From a virus (lineage: Duplodnaviria > Caudoviricetes): a stretch of DNA of 33,837 nt. How positions within the stretch are numbered: position 1 is the first letter of the stretch; each line of letters opens with the position of its first letter. The stretch lies in IMG/VR virus record IMGVR_UViG_3300049136_000130, positions 1 through 33,837 of that record. One strand, given 5' to 3'. The notes under the pieces were generated by a model that saw only the letters and a list, made by a program, of their open reading frames with translations, did not search any database and was not told where the DNA came from. A program made the position numbers and the translations under genes. This document shows positions 8,012 to 15,434 of this stretch, one piece after another.

Positions 8012-8161
8012 TACTGTCATCTTGTGGTGCAGTGTGCTCGCCTTAGGGCTTTGAGCTACGACCGCTTCGGAGGATGGAGCTACGGCCGCTGTCCTCTCAA
8101 GTGCGAAGCTTACGTCAAATCCAACCAGGCCTGCTTGGTTCGGGCCCCTCATTGAGGTAGC

Positions 8162-8776
8162 ATGCCAGATCTCGGCTACATCAAGTTAACGCCAGAGTCT
8201 TTAAGTGCGCTCTGCTTAGTCGATGCAGCCAAGGAAATCGAAGCCGCCTTAGACCGGCCGATCCGCTGGTTCTTTGCTGTCTCGAAGCTCCATCGAGCCT
8301 TGGGATGCGGATTGATAGCAGCCTTACGTGGGACAGAGGGCATCGGCGCGTATGACGAAAAGACCCGCAAGAGGTGGCTTGAGTGGTTCCACGTCGGAAT
8401 GGACGCAGGTCAACCTGCCCCGACAGCTAATCGCGTCGACGAGCTTGCAAGGCTCCTAGAGAGAGCTCTAGATCCCGAAGACCCCTGGACGAAGGCCCAT
8501 GGGCCAATCAATCTAAGCGACGAGCAAAAAGCTGACCTAGCGCGCTTAAATGAGCTTCGTGGCAACATAGAACACGTGAAACCTGTCCATTGGTCATTGG
8601 AGGTTGGAGGGTTACCCCGGATCGCAGGGGCAGTGGCGGCGGCTGTCTCGCAGCTGCTCGACGTAGCTGGAATTGGCCTTCACCTTGAAGATGAAGAGTT
8701 AGAAGCAATGCGGGATGCGATCTCTCGCATTCAAGCAGTGGCGGTTCAGTACCCGAGCAACCCGCCTCAACCGTAG
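8162..8776 (+). CDS. Moron: putative HEPN-domain protein
   Basis: All-helical pattern with RGNIEH (Rx4H, R133-H138); atypical codons (TTA, CTA, ATA); own terminator. Confidence 0.7.
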   Translation: MPDLGYIKLTPESLSALCLVDAAKEIEAALDRPIRWFFAVSKLHRALGCGLIAALRGTEGIGAYDEKTRKRWLEWFHVGMDAGQPAPTANRVDELARLLERALDPEDPWTKAHGPINLSDEQKADLARLNELRGNIEHVKPVHWSLEVGGLPRIAGAVAAAVSQLLDVAGIGLHLEDEELEAMRDAISRIQAVAVQYPSNPPQP

Positions 8777-8798
8777 AAGCATCTTTTCTAAAGTACTC

Positions 8799-8828
8799 GC
8801 CGCCCGGTCAATCCGAGGCGGCTTTTTT
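8799..8828 (+). terminator. Intrinsic terminator
   Basis: GCCGCCCGG-TCAAT-CCGAGGCGGC followed by TTTTTT. Confidence 0.85.
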
Positions 8829-8843
8829 GCGTGCTGCCATGTG

Positions 8844-8960
8844 ATGCCTATCATATCCCGCAAATCCTACACCCGAGACGACGGCGCTCTGATGATCGAG
8901 ATCCGTCCGCATGTCTATGTGGAGGAGGAGATAGCGGCTACGCTGGGATTAAAGAGGTAG
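8844..8960 (+). CDS. Possible 38-aa protein (MPIISRKSYTRDDGALMIEIRPHVYVEEEIAATLGLKR)
   Basis: Protein-like composition; no clear SD. Confidence 0.4.
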   Translation: MPIISRKSYTRDDGALMIEIRPHVYVEEEIAATLGLKR

Positions 8961-8973
8961 CCCGTGAGACAAG

Positions 8974-9001
8974 TTGCCTATCCAGCCTAGAGGTCTAACC
9001 T
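8974..9001 (+). promoter_or_regulatory. Candidate sigma-70 promoter for the tRNA-like RNA
   Basis: TTGCCT(8974)-N16-TAACCT(8996), predicted start near 9008. Confidence 0.45.
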
Positions 9002-9010
9002 TGCCGTATC

Positions 9011-9082
9011 GCGGGTGAAGCAGGCGACGGCGAGTGGGCCTCCTCTCGCTCAGCGGCGGGGCAGCACCGTCCGCCCGCACCA
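9011..9082 (+). ncRNA. 72-nt tRNA-like RNA resembling the tmRNA tRNA-like domain (or highly degenerate tRNA)
   Basis: 7-bp acceptor GCGGGTG/CGCCCGC + A-CCA; 5-bp T-stem GGCGG/CCGTC with loop GGCAGCA; unpaired AAGCAGGCGAC; stem GGCGAG/CTCGCT; no canonical anticodon loop. Confidence 0.65.
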
Positions 9083-9315
9083 TAATTGCGGACTGAAAAG
9101 AACGGCTCGGAGTTGTTGAGGTAGAGCATGGACATCCTTCGCCGCTTCCTCACTCTGTCCCTGAGAGAGAACTAGGGCGAGCTTCAGCGCTCCGAGATGC
9201 TGCGGGATCAGATGCTCATTATCGCACGATCAATCAGGCTGGCGTGAATGCGAAGAAGGTCTCACTAGCCACGATTGGGCTTCCCCTCTTAGACTGCCTG
9301 TATGAGGGGATGACG

Positions 9316-9726
9316 ATGGGACTTTTGGATTGGTTATTCGGCGGAGCCTCAAAGCGGCGCAACTTCCTGGCCGGTGACAGCAGTTATGATTTCGAGATAG
9401 TCGGGGAATCCTTCTATCAGGACACTCTTTTGCGGATCGTAGGCCAGAAGGCTGAGGAAGAGGCTCAGCACGAGTGCATCGCTGAGCTGGTTCAAGATGA
9501 CCGAAACCCTCACGACAGCAAGGCTGTAGCCGTCTACATCAATGGGCAGAAGGTTGGGCACCTGAGTAGGGACGACGCCAAGGAGTATCGCCGCTTCATG
9601 GCTCATACTGGTCTTCACAATGCTGAATGCGCGGCTGTAATCATGGGCGGATGGAAGCGAATGGACGGCGATGAAGGCAGCTTCGGTGTGAGGCTCGATC
9701 TGGAGTGGCCGCCTCGCCTCGAATAG
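9316..9726 (+). CDS. Moron: HIRAN domain protein
   Basis: IVGESFYQ, NPHDSKAVAV, GQKVGHLSR motifs; GAGGGG SD. Confidence 0.85.
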   Translation: MGLLDWLFGGASKRRNFLAGDSSYDFEIVGESFYQDTLLRIVGQKAEEEAQHECIAELVQDDRNPHDSKAVAVYINGQKVGHLSRDDAKEYRRFMAHTGLHNAECAAVIMGGWKRMDGDEGSFGVRLDLEWPPRLE

Positions 9727-9732
9727 GACAGC

Positions 9733-10041
9733 ATGGGCAAACTCACCAACATCAAGCCTCGGTTATCCTCTACCCCTGCCAGGCTCAAGCCTCCTCCCAA
9801 GATCGTAGAGCAGTTCTATTCATCCCCCGAATGGCGGAATCTGGTAGCCCAGATCAAGAGACAGCGTGGCGCTTACTGCCAGAGGTGCGGATCCACTGAC
9901 CGCATTATCGCAGATCACATCTTCGAACGTAAGGATGGTGGTGCTGATCTGGACCCGAACAACATCGAGCTCCTGTGCCATGCTCACCATCAGGCCAAGA
10001 CAGCCAAGGCACGAGCCCGAAGGGCAAGAGGGCAGGTCTGA
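9733..10041 (+). CDS. Packaging-associated HNH endonuclease (HK97 gp74-like)
   Basis: FYSSPEW, CQRC, ADHI, NNIELLCHAHH; upstream of terminase. Confidence 0.92.
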   Translation: MGKLTNIKPRLSSTPARLKPPPKIVEQFYSSPEWRNLVAQIKRQRGAYCQRCGSTDRIIADHIFERKDGGADLDPNNIELLCHAHHQAKTAKARARRARGQV

Positions 10042-10141
10042 GACCCCACCCCGGGGTCAAAAGTTCAGGATCGGCTTTCCGCTCCGCACCCGCGCCCCCC
10101 TCATACGCGTTCTAAATTTGGGTGTTTGATTTCTAATCAAA
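10042..10141. other. Candidate cos packaging region
   Basis: After HNH: GACCCC..GGGGTC hairpin, GC-run ACCCGCGCCCCCC 10088-10100, TTTGATT-TCT-AATCAAA palindrome 10125-10141. Confidence 0.45.
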
Positions 10142-10255
10142 GGGAGGAGCCCTGAATTAAAGCTAGAACTAGGCCTCATTACTCCAACCTACCTCAAGCC
10201 TTTGAAGAACTCGAAGGGTCTCGGTCGCCATGAAACAGGCGATTAAAGAATAGTT

Positions 10256-10471
10256 CTAATCCTTGTCCATGCAATTCTGGCAGAAGCCATATTCGGCGCC
10301 TGATGACATGTAGCCCAGGAAAGGCTGGCCGCAGTGGATGCAGGTAGTATTGGTCTGCTGGGGACTTTGGATAGAGCGCCGGTACTGCTCATCCATCTTA
10401 CGCTGCGCCTCCCGCCGTCTCTCGACTTCCTGCGCAATTTCTTCCGCCGTAAAGGCATTATTCTGAGCCAT
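10256..10471 (-). CDS. Small zinc-finger protein (antisense moron)
   Basis: CIHC...CQNC, helical N-terminus, AAGGAGAGG SD. Confidence 0.7.
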   Translation of the reverse strand: MAQNNAFTAEEIAQEVERRREAQRKMDEQYRRSIQSPQQTNTTCIHCGQPFLGYMSSGAEYGFCQNCMDKD

Positions 10472-10607
10472 CCCGACCTCTCCTTATGGCAATGGGCAGT
10501 AGCTTATACTAATCTTCGATATTGCAAATATGTCGAAATCAAACGGCCCAAGGAAGCGTTGGAGCGCTTCGCCTGGGCCTGACCACGCTACCGTTGGAGC
10601 GGTCGCA

Positions 10608-11177
10608 ATGGCTGATGAAGAGAATAGGGCGGTTCGTCGCATCGAGGCAACATGCCGGGTTTGCCGAGAGACGTTTTCCTACACCTATAGCGGCGGAAGG
10701 CTAAAGCGCTTCTGCTCTGAGGAGTGCAAGACGCAGGGCAAACAGCGCCGGGTCACAGTGGCCACGTGCGCTACCTGCGGCAAGGGCTTCCTGCCCCGTT
10801 ATGTCAACTCTGGTTTTTGCTCCATGGAGTGCCGCCGATATCCTGAGCGGCGGGTCTGGGATAGCAAGGCCGAGAAATGGCAGGCAAAGCGGCATCGGCG
10901 GAGAGCACGCTTCCGGAGCGCCAAGGTAGAGCGGTTTCACGCCGCCGGGATATTCGAACGGGACGGCTGGCGCTGCGGCATTTGCCTTCAGAAGGTCGAT
11001 AAGCGCCTGAAGTACCCAAACCCGAGGTCGGCAAGCCTCGATCATATCATCCCGCTCGCCTCTGGTGGGCATCATACGCGGTCAAACGTCCAGTGCTCCC
11101 ACTGGATCTGTAACTCTCGCAAGACAAATGTCGGCGGCGGTCAGCTTCGGCTGGACCTCGTATGCGAGCCCGCATAA
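10608..11177 (+). CDS. Second HNH endonuclease with N-terminal zinc-ribbon repeats (homing-type)
   Basis: CRVC..FCSEEC, CATC..FCSMEC, IFERDGWRCGIC, LDHIIPLASGG..HTRSNVQCSHWICN. Confidence 0.88.
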   Translation: MADEENRAVRRIEATCRVCRETFSYTYSGGRLKRFCSEECKTQGKQRRVTVATCATCGKGFLPRYVNSGFCSMECRRYPERRVWDSKAEKWQAKRHRRRARFRSAKVERFHAAGIFERDGWRCGICLQKVDKRLKYPNPRSASLDHIIPLASGGHHTRSNVQCSHWICNSRKTNVGGGQLRLDLVCEPA

Positions 11178-11194
11178 GCCAAAGGATACTCATT

Positions 11195-11524
11195 ATGCCT
11201 CGCGGTGGATATCGGCCTGGCGCCGGTCGCCCCAAGAGCGCCAAGACACCGAAAGCGTTGGCGCGCGACCCGCTGCCTATAGACGTGAAGAAGGCTGCGG
11301 CTAAATCGAAGCTCAGCCCGCTTGAGTATATGCTTGAGGTCATGAACGACGACGAAGCCGACGCTGCCCGCCGTGACCGCATGGCAGTGGCCGCGGCCCC
11401 CTTTGTCCATGTAAGGCCCAGCGAGAAACCCGAAGGCAAAAAAGAGCAACGGCAGTCGGCTGCTGAGAAGATTGGTGGCAAGTTCACCGTGCCGAGCGCT
11501 CCAAAGTTGATTGTCAATAACTGA
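11195..11524 (+). CDS. terS: Terminase small subunit
   Basis: [13 protein letters not shown] start, [11 protein letters not shown]...[13 protein letters not shown]; coupled to terL. Confidence 0.88.
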   Translation: MPRGGYRPGAGRPKSAKTPKALARDPLPIDVKKAAAKSKLSPLEYMLEVMNDDEADAARRDRMAVAAAPFVHVRPSEKPEGKKEQRQSAAEKIGGKFTVPSAPKLIVNN

Positions 11525-13245
11525 TGATGGAGTGGACAACGGCTTGCCCCGATTGGGAAAGCCGCATTCTTGCCCGCCGTTCGCTGATCCCGTTCGATCC
11601 GCTATTCCCGGGTGAGGCCGAAGCGGCTCTTGCAGTCTTCAAGTCGCTGAAGATCGTTGATGCTCCGCAGGTCATCGACCCTGAGACAGGAGATCCCAGG
11701 CCGCCGACCTTCGGAGAGGCCTGCGAAGAATGGGTGTTTGAGTTCGTCGCGGCGATCTTTGGCTCTTATGACCACGCGAGCGCCCGCCGCCTGATCCGAG
11801 AGTTCTTCCTGCTCATCAGCAAGAAGAACTCGAAATCGACCATCGCCGCGGGCATCATGCTCACGGCTCTCATTCGAAACTGGCGGCTCTCCGCGGAGCT
11901 GCTGATCCTGGCGCCTACGATCGAGGTCGCTGACAATTCGTTCAAGCCTGCCGCCGACATGGTGCGGCATGACGAGGAGCTATCAACCCTCCTGCATGTG
12001 CAGGATCACGTTCGGACGATCACTCACAGGACGACGCGAGCCTTCCTGAAGGTGGTTGCCGCCGACTCTGACACGGTATCGGGCAAGAAAGCCGCCTTCG
12101 TGCTGGTGGACGAGCTCTGGGTGTTCGGCAAGAAGGCCAATGCGGACGCCATGTTGCGAGAGGCAACCGGTGGTCTGGTGTCGCGGCCCGAGGGCTTCGT
12201 GATTTACCTGTCCACGCAGGCTGATGAACCTCCTGCCGGCGTTTTCAAGGCCAAACTGGAGTATTTCAGGAACGTTCGTGACGGGCTGATCAAGGACAGG
12301 AAGAGCCTCGGCGTCCTGTTCGAGTTCCCGCCCTCCATGGTGGAGGACAAGTCCTGCCTCAAACCGGAGAACCTCTACATCACCAACCCGAACCTCGGGC
12401 GGTCTGTTAGCCAGGAATGGCTTGAGGACGAACTGCAGAAGGCGCAGACCGGCGACGAAGGGGCCAAGTGGACCTTCTACGCCAAGCACCTGAACATCGA
12501 GATTGGCCTCGCCATGCGCAACAACGCATGGGTGGGGGCGAAATACTGGCAAAGGGCGGCCGACGAGAGCCTGAGCGATCTCGATGAGCTTTTGGAGCGT
12601 TCAGAGGTCGTTACGGTCGGGATCGACGGCGGCGGCCTAGACGACCTTCTCGGGTTAGCGGTCATCGGGCGCTGCAAGACAACCCGCGATTGGCTCCTCT
12701 GGAACTATGCCTGGGCTCATGACGACGTGTTCAGGGAGCGCAAGGAGATCGTGCCTCGGCTGAAGGACTTTATTGCGGCTGGAGCGCTGACCCTCTGCGA
12801 GGATCCAACCCAGGACGTTCGCGAGGTCGCGGATATCGTGGAGAAAATCGCCAAGGCGGGCCTGCTGCCTGAAAAACACGCGATCGGCTTCGACCCGCAG
12901 GGGGTGGCGGCCATGGTGGACGAGCTCGCCGGACGCGAGATCACCGATGAGCAGATGACCGGTGTGCCGCAGGGCTACCGTCTCTCATCAGCGGTCTGGG
13001 GCATGGAGCGCAAGCTGAAGGACGGAACCCTCTGGCATGCAGGCCAGGACATGATGGCCTGGTGCGTGGGCAACGCGAAGGCTGAGCAGCGCGGGAACGC
13101 GGTGTTGATCACTAAGCAAACGGCCGGCAAGGCCAAAATCGACCCGCTCGTCGCCAGCTTCAACGCTGTCGTGCTGATGAGCCGTAACCCTGAGGCCTCT
13201 GGTGGACCGTCAGTCTACGAAGAGCGCGGAATCCTGATGGTTTGA
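11524..13245 (+). CDS. terL: Terminase large subunit
   Basis: Walker [10 protein letters not shown], Walker [18 protein letters not shown] nuclease, KIDPLVA. Confidence 0.97.
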   Translation: MMEWTTACPDWESRILARRSLIPFDPLFPGEAEAALAVFKSLKIVDAPQVIDPETGDPRPPTFGEACEEWVFEFVAAIFGSYDHASARRLIREFFLLISKKNSKSTIAAGIMLTALIRNWRLSAELLILAPTIEVADNSFKPAADMVRHDEELSTLLHVQDHVRTITHRTTRAFLKVVAADSDTVSGKKAAFVLVDELWVFGKKANADAMLREATGGLVSRPEGFVIYLSTQADEPPAGVFKAKLEYFRNVRDGLIKDRKSLGVLFEFPPSMVEDKSCLKPENLYITNPNLGRSVSQEWLEDELQKAQTGDEGAKWTFYAKHLNIEIGLAMRNNAWVGAKYWQRAADESLSDLDELLERSEVVTVGIDGGGLDDLLGLAVIGRCKTTRDWLLWNYAWAHDDVFRERKEIVPRLKDFIAAGALTLCEDPTQDVREVADIVEKIAKAGLLPEKHAIGFDPQGVAAMVDELAGREITDEQMTGVPQGYRLSSAVWGMERKLKDGTLWHAGQDMMAWCVGNAKAEQRGNAVLITKQTAGKAKIDPLVASFNAVVLMSRNPEASGGPSVYEERGILMV

Positions 13246-13249
13246 TCGT

Positions 13250-14545
13250 ATGCATGTACCGAGAATTCCATTGCGCCGCGCAGAGGAGGCCACACCCGAG
13301 GCGCAATCGGTCGTTCCGGTCGCCGGAGGCCTGCCGTCTGTCCGCTCCGAGGGAGCTATTGTCTACTCTCTGGATGATCCAAGGGTCATCGATCTACTGC
13401 GCGACGGTTACCTCGCGGCCTCAGGCTTCACGGTCAATGCGGAGACAGCTCTGCGAAACCCGGCGATGTTCCGGGCAGTCAGTCTGATCTCCAACTCGAT
13501 CGGCATGCTGCCGCTCAATTTGATCAACAAGGAGACGAAGGAGAAGGCGAAGGAACACCCGCTCTATCGGCTTCTGCACCGGAAGCCGAATGATTGGCAG
13601 AGCGCCTTTGACTTTCGCGGACTGATGCAGCTTCGGGCCCTGGTCTATGGCAATGCCTTTGCCCTAATTCTTCGGAACTATGACGTCCGAAGCGGAAGCA
13701 AGCAGATAAAGGGTCTGATTCCGATCCATCCGGATCTAATGACAGTCACCCTGAACGACGATTGGACGGTGACCTACAAGTACCAGCCCAAGACGGGCGG
13801 GGCTCGATACTTCAAAGCCGCTGAGATCCTTCATCTGCGGGGCATTTCACTGGATGGCTTGAACGGGTTCTCGCTCGTAAAGCAGGCCTGCGATGCAATT
13901 GGACTCGCTCTGAGCGCCGAACTCGCGGCTGGTCGGCTGTTCAAGAATGGTGCCTTTGTTGGCGGGGCCCTTAAGCACCCCGGCAAGTTGTCCGACGATG
14001 CATTCAATCGTCTGAAGGCCAGCCTTGCTGAGAAAGAGGGGGCTGAGAACGCCGGTAAGAACCTCATTCTCGAGGAGAAGATGGAGTATCAACAATTCGG
14101 CCAAAATGCGCGCGATGCGCAGATGACCGAACTGCGCAAACTTCAAGTCGAGGAGATTGGCCGTGTGTCAGGGGTGCCGCGCCCGCTGCTGATGGTCGAT
14201 GAGACCAGCTGGGGCTCCGGTATCGAGGCCCTCGGGCAGTTCTTCGTCGCCTATGCCCTGAACCCCTGGTTTGAGGCATGGCAACAGGCCATTGAGCGCT
14301 CTCTTCTGACGGATGAAGAGGCTGATCGGTACGAGGCCAAATTCAACCCTGCCGCTTTGCTCCGTGGTTCTCTGAAGGATCAGGCCGACTTCCTCGCGAA
14401 GGCCCTCGGATCGGGCGGGCATCAACCCTGGATGCACGTTGATGAGGTCCGCGATGTCATGGACCTTCCCGAGCGCGAGTCTCCTCCTTCCCCATTGGGC
14501 CACAACGGCGGCCCGCCCCTAGATGACGGAAACAGCAATGCGTAA
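13250..14545 (+). CDS. HK97-family portal protein
   Basis: AVSLISNSIGMLPL, YGNAFA, EILHLRG, LILEEKMEY, GVPRPLL; exact start uncertain. Confidence 0.96.
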   Translation: MHVPRIPLRRAEEATPEAQSVVPVAGGLPSVRSEGAIVYSLDDPRVIDLLRDGYLAASGFTVNAETALRNPAMFRAVSLISNSIGMLPLNLINKETKEKAKEHPLYRLLHRKPNDWQSAFDFRGLMQLRALVYGNAFALILRNYDVRSGSKQIKGLIPIHPDLMTVTLNDDWTVTYKYQPKTGGARYFKAAEILHLRGISLDGLNGFSLVKQACDAIGLALSAELAAGRLFKNGAFVGGALKHPGKLSDDAFNRLKASLAEKEGAENAGKNLILEEKMEYQQFGQNARDAQMTELRKLQVEEIGRVSGVPRPLLMVDETSWGSGIEALGQFFVAYALNPWFEAWQQAIERSLLTDEEADRYEAKFNPAALLRGSLKDQADFLAKALGSGGHQPWMHVDEVRDVMDLPERESPPSPLGHNGGPPLDDGNSNA

Positions 14546-15422
14546 CCATCGAACCCTTCGCGTCTTCGCCAAGGCTCGCCCTGGCGCGATGCCTCTGCCC
14601 GCTCGTCGGGATGTCTCGGCGCTTACCAAACCCCAGGTCTTCGACCGCTGGTCTGAGGATGCGGCCGGCGTCCGGGCTCTGGAGCGCGGTGACAACGTGA
14701 TCACGATGTTCGAGACCATCGGTGAGGATTACTGGAGCGGCGGCGGTGTCACGGCGAAAAAGGTATCATCGCAACTTCGTGCAATCGGGGACCGCCCGGT
14801 CGAAGTGCAAATCAATTCACCGGGCGGCGACATGTTCGAAGGGATTGCGGTTTACAATGTCCTGCGCGAGCACCCGCAGCCGGTTACGGTAAAGATCATG
14901 GGCATGACTGCGTCAGCCGCCTCGATCATCGCCATGGCAGGCGACACGGTAGAGATCGGAGCCGCCTCTTTCCTGATGATCCATAACTGCTGGGTGCTGG
15001 CCATCGGCAACCGCCACGACATGCGCGAGACGGCAGACTTCCTTGAGCCGTTCGATGCCGCCATGGTGGAGGTCTACGCAGCCCGCTCGGGCCAGGATCC
15101 CAAGACTATCGCGAAGTGGATGGACGCCGAGACGTTCATGTCCGGATCGCAGGCCATTGAGCGCGGCTTCGCTGACGCTCTGCTGGCGGCCGACAAGATG
15201 ACGACCGATGCCGACGCGCAGGCGCAGGATCGGGAGGTCAACGAACTCCGTGCCATGGAGCTTCAACTGGTTTCTGCGGGACTGACGCGCTCTGAGGCGC
15301 GGGCCCGCATCAACAAGATCAAGGGCACGCCCGGCGCTGCCATTGACCCCGCTGTTACGCCAGGCGCTGACAGCACTGACTACTCCGGCCTAGCCGGGCT
15401 CATTGCTTCCCTCAAATCGTAA
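14538..15422 (+). CDS. ClpP-like head maturation protease
   Basis: INSPGGDMFEG, ASAASIIAMAGD, LMIHN, ETFM. Confidence 0.95.
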   Translation: MRNHRTLRVFAKARPGAMPLPARRDVSALTKPQVFDRWSEDAAGVRALERGDNVITMFETIGEDYWSGGGVTAKKVSSQLRAIGDRPVEVQINSPGGDMFEGIAVYNVLREHPQPVTVKIMGMTASAASIIAMAGDTVEIGAASFLMIHNCWVLAIGNRHDMRETADFLEPFDAAMVEVYAARSGQDPKTIAKWMDAETFMSGSQAIERGFADALLAADKMTTDADAQAQDREVNELRAMELQLVSAGLTRSEARARINKIKGTPGAAIDPAVTPGADSTDYSGLAGLIASLKS

Positions 15423-15434
15423 GGAGAGACCTTG

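Noticed and set aside
9011-9082. Canonical decoding tRNA
   Set aside because: No D-stem, no TTC T-loop and no 7-nt anticodon loop with U33; kept as tRNA-like ncRNA
9088-9215. Second tandem tRNA-like unit starting GCGGACTG
   Set aside because: No matching 3' acceptor strand, T-arm or CCA
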